Assembly: GCA_937903605.1 (NCBI GenBank)
Contig: CALCZC010000007.1
Span: forward strand, 189,805 to 253,804
Reading direction: 5' to 3'
DNA: 64,000 nt
Source of the DNA: an uncultured bacterium
GTDB taxonomy: Bacteria > Patescibacteriota > Patescibacteriia > Magasanikbacterales > GWA2-37-8
Under the pieces are notes generated by a model, which saw only the letters and a list, made by a program, of their open reading frames with translations, was not told where the DNA came from and searched no databases. Position 1 is the first letter of the stretch, and every line of letters begins with the position of its first letter. A program made the translations under genes and the position numbers. Below are positions 11,701 through 18,578 of the stretch, piece after piece.

Positions 11701-11852
11701 CCTTGGTAATTTATCAGGTTTGGAATAGCTAAAACTTCTTTACCTATAAAAGAAAAAACCGTCACTAACGCAACAAAAAACATGGCTTTCTGTATATTCA
11801 TCTTTAGAAAGTTAACAAGGAGTTTGGATTTTATTCCCCTCCGAATATTCAT
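2757..11852 (-). CDS. Giant secreted fibre/adhesin-like protein (3031 aa) with GIGTxTP repeats, two beta-helix-like regions and a Pro/Glu/Thr-rich C-terminus
   Basis: Signal-like N-terminus; IPNLINYQGRL..LWTE..PYAF domain; repeated VGIGTSTP; INVAKSGGDF and YVNAVSGKDSFDG..KTIQNAI pectin-lyase-type N-caps. Confidence 0.85.
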   Translation of the reverse strand: MNIRRGIKSKLLVNFLKMNIQKAMFFVALVTVFSFIGKEVLAIPNLINYQGRLRDNGGTPITTSTTIQFSIYNNANTGVPTDTPSSAGPLLWTEVYDGSSGNCPKVQPDAQGYFTVNLGACGAFPSYLDFSTGTYYLAVKIESDNEASPRVILATHPYAFNSDRVDGFHASSTAVANTLLALDNNLNLNILSGGFTGANLTMNSSTATSSISGNLAITGNTLMATTTIANLILTGASSFGTISAGTWQGDIIATNYGGTGQDTSGWTGFVKINNGVWSTSTVNLTSDIAGILPIANGGTNAGSFASNEFIWFNGTSLVGSGFTSTSFMVSGTDNWVNVAGDTMTGALIINNNLNVIGSSTLSTTTITQLMVGENFPAEIPSGSVFASYKKYTNLSNSGDGFTLGNVMGIELDPIEDASTTINTLLSVTTNEGNNNNFEVIAGLLNQVIHQGSGSVNMILGQISSAELDNSTGSVGVAFGLRGQTATNGSGDVNFSGNIGLALGLSGYIENGIGNGIISNASAIQSDFGIEGGNIGTAFGMRINNPTSGTGTGTIGSLYGLYIEEQNFAQNSNFNIYSDGTASVNYFGGSVGIGTTSPLSALDVYGNLSITGADRYLNFGNNTGTVGYGIRDNAGVMQWKNASGGWNNFSTKVDHIINVAKSGGDFDNLEDAVAFANGVDYDTIINIYPGVYDVSSTLVVTSTHIKSIRGMSTEAVMIRPTTDLVSSPGPIFEINFSEENDFSIRLLTIDGSQTVGFRNTSGCDAIRVSNTGSVWMDFSELVIIDTETGINMQVANLLNIFKSDFYNIGNIGVNLDNGAAAQVENVYMENVENRFVHLKSTTGSSSFYMVGSEFGSNSDLGTGLFIEGNGSYAEIRYSNMWGLDYNIITNDDSATKVTASYLQKAATLNIDQKDSSSINISSSDGAFSSADISINNPANVYFYALAEEEGVVLFGRHSNINQDVIKIDTGMAILPKLSYQADYYRNNGLIFVNDNPGERTMLGVQATSSEAKLSAISGDRSAIAGLYLYSDTDGFGSTSSMRGWMMSKYGTNSNLLFNFYNNDTGDGKSLIDNKLMTLDGFNSLMYFQGGAIFNSSSGNYDFQVKTPDNDYALFVQGSSDNVGIGTSTPNSQLTVDGDIDITGSYLMNSVPLTAVDPGVTEGQFAYWDGDSWAPTSNIFVSSSGFIGIGTTTPKNALTLIGGLSICSTSPAVTSYTLYNLGGQLYWNGSPVVGGNTSTYIQDADGDTKVETEASPNENKIHFQTAGTERVIIDENGLVAINTTTVNGKAFYLYGDTNDELNLAIHNNNSGPSSTAEFSLYNDLGKLGGLTALSSGWNDGLPGISGSLALYSVSDLLLSTLASGGDIIFDVDPTDEQRSMVIVGTGGGNAGYVGIGTSTPLAPLSISGNVFIEGENRYINFGTTTGAAGYGFRDNNGIMELRNINNNHNVWSEIVINDALIEGNIIYVNAVSGKDSFDGNSTARAKKTIQNAIDTAAVLSSSTNPYTVSVSAGTFTEDLQMKDFVVVRGMGCNTFIKGKVTFDMTYGSVLSMVDLENTDDYAVEIKSAGKSVLKNVTVGAKYTDGSKDIQAVVYQENGTLESFTANKYNFTQTTNTVGTKINTIFYLTSSTITNAYIYNPEIFVNTYDSDDDLSVLYTDNQSLRSIATIKDPVITFPIYATAPANNVKIFYHDNARFNTYVDSAFATILTVAPGSVKLIPAYVNSSTVLSGVQITNSSFAWAGPGVSENNVYLSSANTANDHIVLTSNQFKTDTDIFPVRYTADGVSGTVEYFISNGHGDLQNKSFATFEGSFGIGTSTPYDLLEVWGSDLSSSPTSSRNYITIVANGNGEAGHYIRRVNSGSYDNGWSWYMPTSSLDFRLWDDSVGAEGDDILTIQAGTGFVGIGQALYDPLNKLHVDGGIYIGDTATATTTNSIYNIGGDLYWNGNLLASAGGATANWLLASHNGGNVLTTSTTLPVWFKDIIYASSSVYIDGTLNVLGNSILATTTISDLTVNNINVLGTVSTTDILVADSITLGGVTRNTWPSGGGGSSIWVTTTANVVYPDLTGDYAVVVGNSATSSNVKFEVVGHSKLGGNLSVTGTSTLSGPVLFGDNIQFTTAGNNNFYFNNGINNYLRWNNSATQFELSNGLMVSGLVSSTALQVNGDVTTTGKMVIGGPVGIGTTTPQAPLHVVTDNAGPAMTILQKTIAGATNLNFVTQNNKYWQLSKRDDNQDDKFIFYFVDDAGLFNNVLTLNSTGTIGINQQDPGAMLSITGTTTYPLLSIMTSSSEPALIVNQYGHVGIGTSDIGYYKLRIYEPDNGLTAEVKSGSSTKTALFNLKAGSDVEFLQLGYYGIDTPGFAGVLPGSAVWDSVAPGGSYFINESTSTDAALIFMTDGWQAENERMRITNGGYIGIGTSTPISKLSLNEGDFRITSGTDGWIIGPNAFPNRAGSTDLIGLNVTNSSTWKAGLFSEVGGTLLSYGINATQLGDRNTSSIGAIFRLDTRADTPYWSIKRQPVGSSTEYSDMQIARTGEIGFGGFANDTNVFSGQVHILTATTTNVGLAVQGMVGQTAALQHWLNSDGVVVGEAKYLSQNFGMSLETGAFIARNSYFGEEFMRGRGNVTADTLYAWGDFQQFTVDENTACTWSSVANGVNGIGRQQATNGANSCLAYHGITTAGTANLVFNTANLPVITFKASPSAVTANIRFRIGLSNLSRAQTADPLNGVYFTNNTTNGEWQGVSRRAGASTVVDCAGQAINTAVFGVAKIEVVSSNGDGTGEINFYIDNDATDGVDWFYCGQATTNIPTVGLTSMIMNNTVAGGGAQYIDIDYYRVWQDDSKETPMLTTEEIVEEIPEEMETNLLGQAQIMAGDISVKVDFEGEYAVPPMMGITPLNFDGRWKLQNVTTRGFEITLTEQATDSVIFNWQAYIVEDDTKIYSSNGTVESLKDFYNKINEEIILPPIESSGESTPSAPIEAPAETPIEPVTETPPAETPVEPVEETPPVEEPVPDTSPTEEPAAPAETPADVPVE

Positions 11853-11925
11853 AATGTTTTTACTATATTATTATACCATATATACAATTTTCAAAAAACC
11901 TCTCAGCTAGCCAAAATAAATAAAC

Positions 11926-11945
11926 TGTGGATAACTTGTGTATAA
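11926..11945 (-). promoter_or_regulatory. Two adjacent DnaA boxes
   Basis: TGTGGATAA (11926-11934) and TGTGTATAA (11937-11945) are reverse complements of TTATNCACA. Confidence 0.55.
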
Positions 11946-12000
11946 ACAAAAAACTCGCTTTTTTCGCGAGTTTTAATTCAAAAATATAAATTCAAAAATC

Positions 12001-12717
12001 CTAAATATTAGCGAGCGCTGTTATAGTAATTACCCCGTTATAACTACCTGATTTTTGATCTATTGGCGCGCTGGCACGATAATCAACCACAGTCACGGTA
12101 GTGCCCCAATTACATGTCGGACAATTCATAAATTGCGAATTTACAGTTGGAAATCCGCCATATTTAGCATTTAGAAGAGTGTCATCACTACCCCACCAAG
12201 CATTGTTATAATTGGAAGTCGTGCCTGATTGTTTTACACGAAAAGACAGATTGTTTCCCGGTGTATTTGTGGCATTGCCGGAACCGCTCGGATTCCAAGA
12301 AACATAATCCGGGAAATCAACCGATGAATCAACGGTCAAATCTACAGTTGAACTTACATCCTCTCTTTTGACTGACAAATTATATCCACTTAATGAACCG
12401 GGTATAGTAACATAAACCGCAGAACTGGCAAAAGTTGGTATATTTGGCAATATTTCTCCAAAATTTACAGTCGGCTCAACAGTAATTACCATCATAGGAA
12501 ATTCCATTACCAATCCGTGATCATAAATATAGTTTGTACTGGTGGCTCTACCTACCGCCGGATCACCAGCTCCACCTTTTAATTGAAAACCACTGGAAGT
12601 AGCGTCGTGATAGATAGTGCCGTAAGTTTGTCTATCAATTTGATTCTGCGCCAAAACTACCTGAGAAGTTATCAGGCACGATATCAAAATAACGGCTAAT
12701 TTTAGAGAAAAAGACAT
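12001..12717 (-). CDS. Secreted WxL-like protein, paralogue of 13027-13650
   Basis: Signal peptide; shares GYNLSVKRED..VDFPD..W..NLSFR..WG.D..GFPT..YRA.AP..Q.SG.Y.G.IT.TA with the divergent gene. Confidence 0.7.
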   Translation of the reverse strand: MSFSLKLAVILISCLITSQVVLAQNQIDRQTYGTIYHDATSSGFQLKGGAGDPAVGRATSTNYIYDHGLVMEFPMMVITVEPTVNFGEILPNIPTFASSAVYVTIPGSLSGYNLSVKREDVSSTVDLTVDSSVDFPDYVSWNPSGSGNATNTPGNNLSFRVKQSGTTSNYNNAWWGSDDTLLNAKYGGFPTVNSQFMNCPTCNWGTTVTVVDYRASAPIDQKSGSYNGVITITALANI

Positions 12718-12726
12718 AAAAAAACA

Positions 12727-12845
12727 AACTCAAATCTCAAAGTTCAAATCTCAAAACTTTTGTATTGATTGGCAATATTCAAATTATCCGTCCCGCCAAG
12801 CGGGACTCCAAACTTTTGACTTTTGAGTTTTGAATTTTGATATTT
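12727..12845. repeat. Inverted heptamer arrays (tcaaa.. / ttttga..) enclosing hairpin gtcccgccaagcgggac
   Basis: Direct reading of sequence. Confidence 0.7.
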
Positions 12846-13026
12846 TATATTATACCTCATTTTACCGTTATTCGTAAAACTAATTACTTATCCACATATT
12901 TTTCGTTTTTATATTTTTTCCCTATTATCAAAAAAATCAAAAAATAGTATAATACCTTGTGGAATGATTTTAACATTAAATCATTTCAATAAATTAATAA
13001 ATTTATTTATTAACCTAATTTATTTT

Positions 13027-13650
13027 ATGAGGAGGAAACTTCTTTCTTTCATCGTCCTTATGGCGATGTTTACCGCTTATAGCGGATATTTAAATCTCGG
13101 CGTGGCCAAAGCCGCCGAAGACAGTGAACAACAAACTATAGTTTTGTATGTCACTTCAACCATCACTTTAACATTGGCGACTTCCACGATAAATCTCGGC
13201 ACTTTAACTCCGGGAACTCCTGTCAACGGCAATACTTCTTTGACAGTCACTACCAACGATCATAATGGTTTCAACTTACAAGTAAAAAGAGACGACGCTG
13301 ATTCCACTTTGGATTTGGATGCTGATGGCACTGTCAATTTTCCAGATGCTACAGCTTGGAATTACTCTGCGCCAAATGCCACAACTTCTCCTGAAGTAGG
13401 AGCCAATCTTTCTTTCCGTTTGATGGTGGCCGGTACTGACGCCGCTTTGCAAAATACAGGTTTTTGGGGAACTGACGGAGCCAAACTTTGGGCCGGTTTT
13501 CCAACTACCAATCAACGCGTAACAGGTATCAGCAGTTGGGTTGGAGCAGCTCAAAATGTCGCTTACGAATTTAGAGCCGATGCTCCGGCTACTCAGGAAT
13601 CCGGTCAATACACAGGTACTATTACCTTTACCGCGATTACCAATCCATAA
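13027..13650 (+). CDS. Secreted WxL-like surface protein
   Basis: Signal peptide MRRKLLSF..AKA; C-terminal GQYTGTITFTA strand typical of WxL/pilin-like folds; start moved from 12964. Confidence 0.7.
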   Translation: MRRKLLSFIVLMAMFTAYSGYLNLGVAKAAEDSEQQTIVLYVTSTITLTLATSTINLGTLTPGTPVNGNTSLTVTTNDHNGFNLQVKRDDADSTLDLDADGTVNFPDATAWNYSAPNATTSPEVGANLSFRLMVAGTDAALQNTGFWGTDGAKLWAGFPTTNQRVTGISSWVGAAQNVAYEFRADAPATQESGQYTGTITFTAITNP

Positions 13651-13673
13651 ATTAACAATTTAATTTCATTTTT

Positions 13674-14627
13674 ATGAAAAGCATGTTGAACTGGAGGGTT
13701 CTTACGGTTTTTTTCTTAGTTGTTTTTTGTACGCTTTTCAAAATAGAAGCTGCGTCCGCGCAGCTTTCTATTTCTATCTATCCTCTTTCCTTTAAAGCAC
13801 AGGTAAATCCTGGAGATACCTGGAGCGGCAGCGTCACGGTTATAAACCCCAATGATTATCCTATTTCCGTTCGTCCTGAAAGAGAAAATCTTGTTGGAGG
13901 CGCGGAAGGTGAAGTTAGTTTAATAGGAGAAACTGATCAGAACTACGGTCTAGCTTCTTGGATTAAATACAACTCTGAAAAAGACTTCGTTTTAGCGGCC
14001 GGAGAAAGAAGAAAAATAGATTTTGTGATGAATGTGCCAAAAAACGCCCAACCTGGCGGACATTACGGTGCGGTTCTTTTTCGCGGCACGGAAATAAATA
14101 AAAAGCCATCCGGAGAAAGCGGACTTGGTGTAGCCGGGCGCGTAGGATCGGTAATGCTCTTTGAAGTCAGTGGAGACGTGCAAAAAACCGGAGAAATTTT
14201 TTCCGTTGAAACAAAGAAATTTATCGCTCACGGACCTCTTGATCTGACTTTTAAAGTCAAGAATACTGGTAATACTTTTTTCTTACCTGAAGGAAAAGTT
14301 GAATTCAAACATTTTTGGAAAAAACTTGAAACTACTTGGGAACCGCGCGTGGTATTTCCGGGATATGAAAGAACATTCAAAACAACTCTTGATAAAAAAT
14401 ATCTTTTTGGTCCTGTCAAAGCCACTATTTTGGCCAAAATGAGCGACGGAGCGGATTTAACCCCGATTTCCGTGACTGTTTGGGCATGGCCTTGGAAAGA
14501 AACATTGATCTTACTCGGTATTATCGCCGTGCTTTGGTTATTGAAAATTTGGTTGCTAAAAAACTTCAAAATTGTTAAAATAGAAAAAACGGAAAATACA
14601 GACGAAAATAAAAAAGGAGATGCCTAA
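13674..14627 (+). CDS. DUF916/DUF3324-like WxL-interacting membrane-anchored protein
   Basis: PGD..G.VTV.N, LASWI, VPKNAQPGGHYGAV, VKNTGN motifs and C-terminal TM helix. Confidence 0.75.
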   Translation: MKSMLNWRVLTVFFLVVFCTLFKIEAASAQLSISIYPLSFKAQVNPGDTWSGSVTVINPNDYPISVRPERENLVGGAEGEVSLIGETDQNYGLASWIKYNSEKDFVLAAGERRKIDFVMNVPKNAQPGGHYGAVLFRGTEINKKPSGESGLGVAGRVGSVMLFEVSGDVQKTGEIFSVETKKFIAHGPLDLTFKVKNTGNTFFLPEGKVEFKHFWKKLETTWEPRVVFPGYERTFKTTLDKKYLFGPVKATILAKMSDGADLTPISVTVWAWPWKETLILLGIIAVLWLLKIWLLKNFKIVKIEKTENTDENKKGDA

Positions 14628-15723
14628 ACGATTGTTAAAATCAATCTTTGCGACACAAGCCTCGAAATATTTCCTTTTGGGGCTTGTGTTTTTATTGTCC
14701 GCTCTGCCGGCTTTGGTTTTTGGCGCCGTAGTCACACAAAATGTAACCGTTTCCATCGATAATAGCTCTTATCACTGTTCCAACAAAACTCAAGATTATG
14801 ATGAAACCGGTGTGGATTGTGGCGGAACGCTTTGCGGAACTTGCGGAACACATTGTACAAACGGAATTAAAGATTTTGACGAAACAGGCGTTGATTGCGG
14901 AGGGTCTTTGTGTCCTTCTTGCGGCGGGGGTGGAGGCGGTGGCGGGGGTGGAGGGGGTTCTCTGCCGGTTTTAGTTTCTTCAGTAAACTTTTCCGGTTTT
15001 GCTTATCCGAATGCCAAAATATTTTTTCTTCGCGACGGAATTTTGGTTAATACCTTTTTTGCTTCTTCAACCGGAACTTTTCAATATTTGTTAAATTCCA
15101 TTACTGCCGGTAATTATCGTTACACCTTTTACGCTTCCGACTCAAGAGGAGGATATTCTTCTTCTTTGGTTTTTCCTTTAACCGTGGTTGCCGGAAATTC
15201 TTATCAAGTAAGCAACATTTTGATTCCTCCGACCTTATATTTCAATTCTCAAGAAATAAAGCGCGGTGACAGTTTAGAATTTTATGGTCAAAGCGCACCA
15301 AACTCAATTCTTCTGCTGGAATTAAAAAATTCTGTTTCCGGAAATACTTCCGCTTTTCAAACCATCGCCGATTCTTCGGGAAATTATTCTTATCTTTTAG
15401 AAACCTTGGGGTTGCCGGAAGGAAATTATGAAATCAAAATCAAAATGAAAATCGGTCTTATTGAAAGCGCTTTTAGCAATTCTTTTCCTTTTACGATCGG
15501 CGTCAAAACAGTGGAAAAACCCGTTCCTACGAGTAAATGTCCGGCCAAAGGCGATCTTAACGGCGATTGTAGAGTAAATTTGGTTGATTTTTCCATTGCC
15601 GCTTATTGGTACAAACGCACGGTCGCCACAAGTTTTATCAATACGGAAAATTCACAACTCAACGGCGATGATATTATCAACTTGATAGATTTTAGTATTT
15701 TGGCTTATTATTGGACCGGGTAG
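14620..15723 (+). CDS. Secreted protein with two DETGVDCGG Cys repeats, poly-Gly linker, Ig-like domains and C-terminal dockerin-like domain
   Basis: GDLNGDCRVNLVDFSI ... QLNGDDIINLIDFSI duplicated Ca-binding loops. Confidence 0.8.
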   Translation: MPKRLLKSIFATQASKYFLLGLVFLLSALPALVFGAVVTQNVTVSIDNSSYHCSNKTQDYDETGVDCGGTLCGTCGTHCTNGIKDFDETGVDCGGSLCPSCGGGGGGGGGGGGSLPVLVSSVNFSGFAYPNAKIFFLRDGILVNTFFASSTGTFQYLLNSITAGNYRYTFYASDSRGGYSSSLVFPLTVVAGNSYQVSNILIPPTLYFNSQEIKRGDSLEFYGQSAPNSILLLELKNSVSGNTSAFQTIADSSGNYSYLLETLGLPEGNYEIKIKMKIGLIESAFSNSFPFTIGVKTVEKPVPTSKCPAKGDLNGDCRVNLVDFSIAAYWYKRTVATSFINTENSQLNGDDIINLIDFSILAYYWTG

Positions 15724-15797
15724 TGAAAGTTCGGCTAGGCGCCCTTAGCGCCCTATTGCCGAAGGCAAGCCGAACTTCTACTACCCGGTGGACCGGG
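15712..15797. repeat. Branched palindrome (outer stem plus two hairpins) with 9-bp direct repeat, upstream of GIY-YIG gene
   Basis: accgggtagtgaaagttcggct / agccgaacttctactacccggt; tggaccggg at 15712-15720 and 15789-15797. Confidence 0.75.
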
Positions 15798-15810
15798 ATA
15801 ATGTAAAGAT

Positions 15811-16098
15811 ATGTTTTTTTACGTTTATATTATACAAAGTTTAAAAAATAAAAGCCTTTATGTTGGCTATACCCAAGATTTAATAAAAAGATTAGACCAA
15901 CACAATGATGGCAATAGTACGTATACAAAAAAATATATACCTTGGCAATTAATTCACTACGAAGCTTACCGCAATGAAATAGATGCAAAACGCAGAGAAA
16001 AATATCTCAAAACAAATCAGGGGAGCCGTTTATTGAAGCGTATGTTAAAAGAATACTTTTATAATCAAAATTCCAATGATTCAGATTCAAAAACTTAA
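15811..16098 (+). CDS. Small stand-alone GIY-YIG nuclease
   Basis: FYVYIIQS..LYVGYTQDLIKRL.QHN.G..YTKKY.PW.LIHYEAY..A.RREKYLK. Confidence 0.92.
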   Translation: MFFYVYIIQSLKNKSLYVGYTQDLIKRLDQHNDGNSTYTKKYIPWQLIHYEAYRNEIDAKRREKYLKTNQGSRLLKRMLKEYFYNQNSNDSDSKT

Positions 16099-17014
16099 AA
16101 ATCACCTCTTGATACCAATGGTTATTTTGGGAGCTTTCTTTGTAATTACACCTACTTTGGCTGCGGAATTTTTTGCCACAGCTTCCAATCATAATCCTGA
16201 AATCGGTGAATACATACAAGTGGACTTATTTTTGGATACTGCCAAAGAAGAAATAAACGCTTTGGAAGCCGCTGTTATTTTTCCTGAAAATTTGTTGGAT
16301 CTGGTGGATTTTTCTTATGGAAATTCGGTTATCAATTATTGGGTGGAAAAACCTCACCAAACTGACGAACATAATAAAATATTTTTTTCAGGTATTACTC
16401 CCGGCGGATTCAACGAAAACTCAGCTTATTTGTTATCTTTGATTTTTAAAACCAAAAATACCGGCCGCGGTGAAATACTTTTTTCTCAAAATAAAACTTT
16501 GAAAAACAACGGCTTTGGCACGGAAACGAAGAGTTCGGGAAAAAAACTTTCTTTCAATGTTCAAACCGGTCTCAAAGGTGATGATACGGAAAATATTTAT
16601 AAAAATTTAGACAAAATACCTCCGGAAAACTTTGATCTTTTTGTTTATGAAGATAATAATATCGCTTCCGACAAGAAAGCTTTGATTTTTGACACGATAG
16701 ACAAAGATTCCGGGGTATCCCGTTATGAAGTATTAGAAGAAAAAACCGGACACTTGTTAGGTTGGGAATTTAAAATAGGACGCTGGACTCCGGCAACCAG
16801 CCCTTATGTTTTGCAAGATCAACAAATGCGTAGCAATATCTATGTCAAAGCCATAGACAGAGCCGGAAATGAACGAATTGTCTCATTAATGACCGTTCAG
16901 ACTCCGCGATGGTATACGAATTTGAATTTTTGGATTATAATAATAACTGTAATCATACTTCTCATTTTATCCAGGAGGGCTTATGAGAGATTTTCGCGGA
17001 AAAATAAAAATTAA
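16076..17014 (+). CDS. Cohesin-like domain protein with C-terminal TM anchor
   Basis: Signal peptide; INALEA.V.FP..L..NSVINYWVEKP..I.FSG..PGGF; DKDSGVSRYEV..VKAIDRAGNER Ig-like domain. Confidence 0.7.
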   Translation: MIQIQKLKNHLLIPMVILGAFFVITPTLAAEFFATASNHNPEIGEYIQVDLFLDTAKEEINALEAAVIFPENLLDLVDFSYGNSVINYWVEKPHQTDEHNKIFFSGITPGGFNENSAYLLSLIFKTKNTGRGEILFSQNKTLKNNGFGTETKSSGKKLSFNVQTGLKGDDTENIYKNLDKIPPENFDLFVYEDNNIASDKKALIFDTIDKDSGVSRYEVLEEKTGHLLGWEFKIGRWTPATSPYVLQDQQMRSNIYVKAIDRAGNERIVSLMTVQTPRWYTNLNFWIIIITVIILLILSRRAYERFSRKNKN

Positions 17015-17798
17015 ACTGGCGATTTTTGTCGCTTCTATTTTTGCTTCTTTTGCTTTTGTTTCGATTTCCGAAGCGGCTTCTTTGTATTTTTCACCGAGTT
17101 CAGCGACTTATCGTCTCGGTGAAACTTTCCAAATTTCTCTGTATGTAAATAGTGCCGATCAAGCTATGAATGCCGCTCAAGCAACGGTCAATTTTCCAAT
17201 CGACAAACTTTCTGTTATTTCCGTTTCCACTAGAAATTCTATTTTTTCCTTAATGGTGGAAAGTCCTACTTTTTCCAATGTAAATGGTAGTGCCGGTTTC
17301 TCCGGAATAGTTTTGAATCCCGGATATACCGGAAAAAGTGGCCGATTGGTAACAATAAATTTCTCAGCCAAGACTTTAGGAAAAGCAACGATTACCGTTG
17401 GTGGGGCTCAAGTTTTGGCCAATGACGGAGTTGGTACAAATATTTTAACCGGTCGTGGCAGTGCTACGGTAAATATTATTGAGAGACCCAAAGTTGAACC
17501 TAAACCAGAAGTTAAGCCGGAAACAAAACCTACCACTACTCCGGAAGTTGTTACTCCAACCACCACACCAACTACGACAATTATTTATGTAACAACCACA
17601 CAATATATTATAACCTCTACCGCTTGCTCGGTTGAAAAACTACCGGTAATTTATTTGAAAATCGGTGGACTATCTACTGGTCCCAGTTTCTTACTCTTAC
17701 TGTTACTCATACTTTCCGCGTTGATAACAATTTATAGTTTTTATAAAGGCTTCACCTATCCGGAAAAAAAGAAAAGAATTTTTGGAAAGAGAAAATAA
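16983..17798 (+). CDS. Cohesin-like domain protein with Pro/Thr linker and C-terminal TM anchor
   Basis: AASLYFSPSS..GETF.I...NS..QAMNA....FP.DKL.V..SIFSL..E.P.F; LANDG.GTNIL. Confidence 0.75.
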   Translation: MRDFRGKIKIKLAIFVASIFASFAFVSISEAASLYFSPSSATYRLGETFQISLYVNSADQAMNAAQATVNFPIDKLSVISVSTRNSIFSLMVESPTFSNVNGSAGFSGIVLNPGYTGKSGRLVTINFSAKTLGKATITVGGAQVLANDGVGTNILTGRGSATVNIIERPKVEPKPEVKPETKPTTTPEVVTPTTTPTTTIIYVTTTQYIITSTACSVEKLPVIYLKIGGLSTGPSFLLLLLLILSALITIYSFYKGFTYPEKKKRIFGKRK

Positions 17799-17808
17799 AA
17801 AATACCGA

Positions 17809-17838
17809 CCCGCTCAATTCAAAAGAGCGGGTTTTTTA
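17809..17838 (+). terminator. Intrinsic terminator of the surface operon
   Basis: acccgctc-aattcaaaa-gagcgggt followed by T-run. Confidence 0.7.
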
Positions 17839-17882
17839 TACTTGATTTTTTTATCTAAATCTGCTACACTTTTGGCAATATT

Positions 17883-17954
17883 GCCCCTATAGTTTAATGG
17901 ATAAAATATCAGGCTTCGAACCTGAGGATGGGAGTTCGATTCTCTCTGGGGGCA
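17883..17954 (+). tRNA. tRNA-Arg(TCG), CCA not encoded
   Basis: Acceptor GCCCCTA/TGGGGGC-A, anticodon arm TCAGG-CTTCGAA-CCTGA, T-arm GGGAG-TTCGATT-CTCTC. Confidence 0.92.
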
Positions 17955-17990
17955 CAAAAAATATTCGATTTAATATCAAATATTTTTTTA

Positions 17991-18118
17991 AGAGAGAATC
18001 GAATTAGGGAAGGGAGAAACCGGGAGGTTTCTCTTTGCGGAGGAAAGGTATTGGAAAACCCGAAGGTTTTTCAAAGAGGAGCGAAGCGACGATGTGAGTC
18101 TTCTCTCTGGGGGCACAA
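17991..18118. other. tRNA-associated structured element, copy 2
   Basis: 17991-18003 is the reverse complement of 17935-17947; 18101-18118 equals 17940-17957; core homologous to 2021-2153. Confidence 0.85.
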
Positions 18119-18461
18119 CACTCAACGTCCCACAAAAAATCCATAATCAAAGAAAATAAAATTCTAAATATCCAACTTTATGTCGGATATTTTTTAATTT
18201 ATTTTTTATAAATTTTTAATTTACATTTTTTACTTTTGAATTTTGAGTTTTGACTTTTGAGTTCGACTCGTCTGTGACGAGTCGCCCTGTGTATAACTTC
18301 ACAAAATCTATTTCATTATTTTGCAAAAGCATTTATAATAAAGATAGGTCGAATTTTTTATGACATGCTTGTCTATAAAAAATTTATAAATTTTTTCTTG
18401 CGATCGCAAGATGAAAAAAATTATTTCATTTATCTCAAAAAAGAAAGGGGGTGCGCAAACT

Positions 18462-18578
18462 ATGAAAAAGAAAGCTAAAAAAGTTGTGAAAAAAGCTAAA
18501 AAAGTTGTAAAGAAAGTTAAAAAAGCTGTAAAAAAAGTAGCTAAAAAGAAAGTTGCCAAAAAAGGCAAAAAGAGATAG
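18462..18578 (+). CDS. 38-aa Lys/Ala/Val-rich histone H1/Hc2-like basic peptide (not in ORF track)
   Basis: MKKKAKKVVKKAKKVVKKVKKAVKKVAKKKVAKKGKKR*, SD-like AAAGGGGG upstream, hairpin terminator at about 18594-18628. Confidence 0.75.
   Translation: MKKKAKKVVKKAKKVVKKVKKAVKKVAKKKVAKKGKKR

Noticed and set aside
2633-11732. Numerous + strand ORFs within the giant gene, including the Arg-rich 2706-2975
   Set aside because: Antisense shadows of the 3031-aa CDS.
11926-11945. Replication origin suggested by DnaA boxes
   Set aside because: Only two boxes here plus isolated ones near 12888 and 18288; no dnaA/dnaN or dense cluster.
18308-18568. 86-aa Phe-rich minus-strand ORF
   Set aside because: Antisense of the Lys-rich peptide, which has the SD and terminator.
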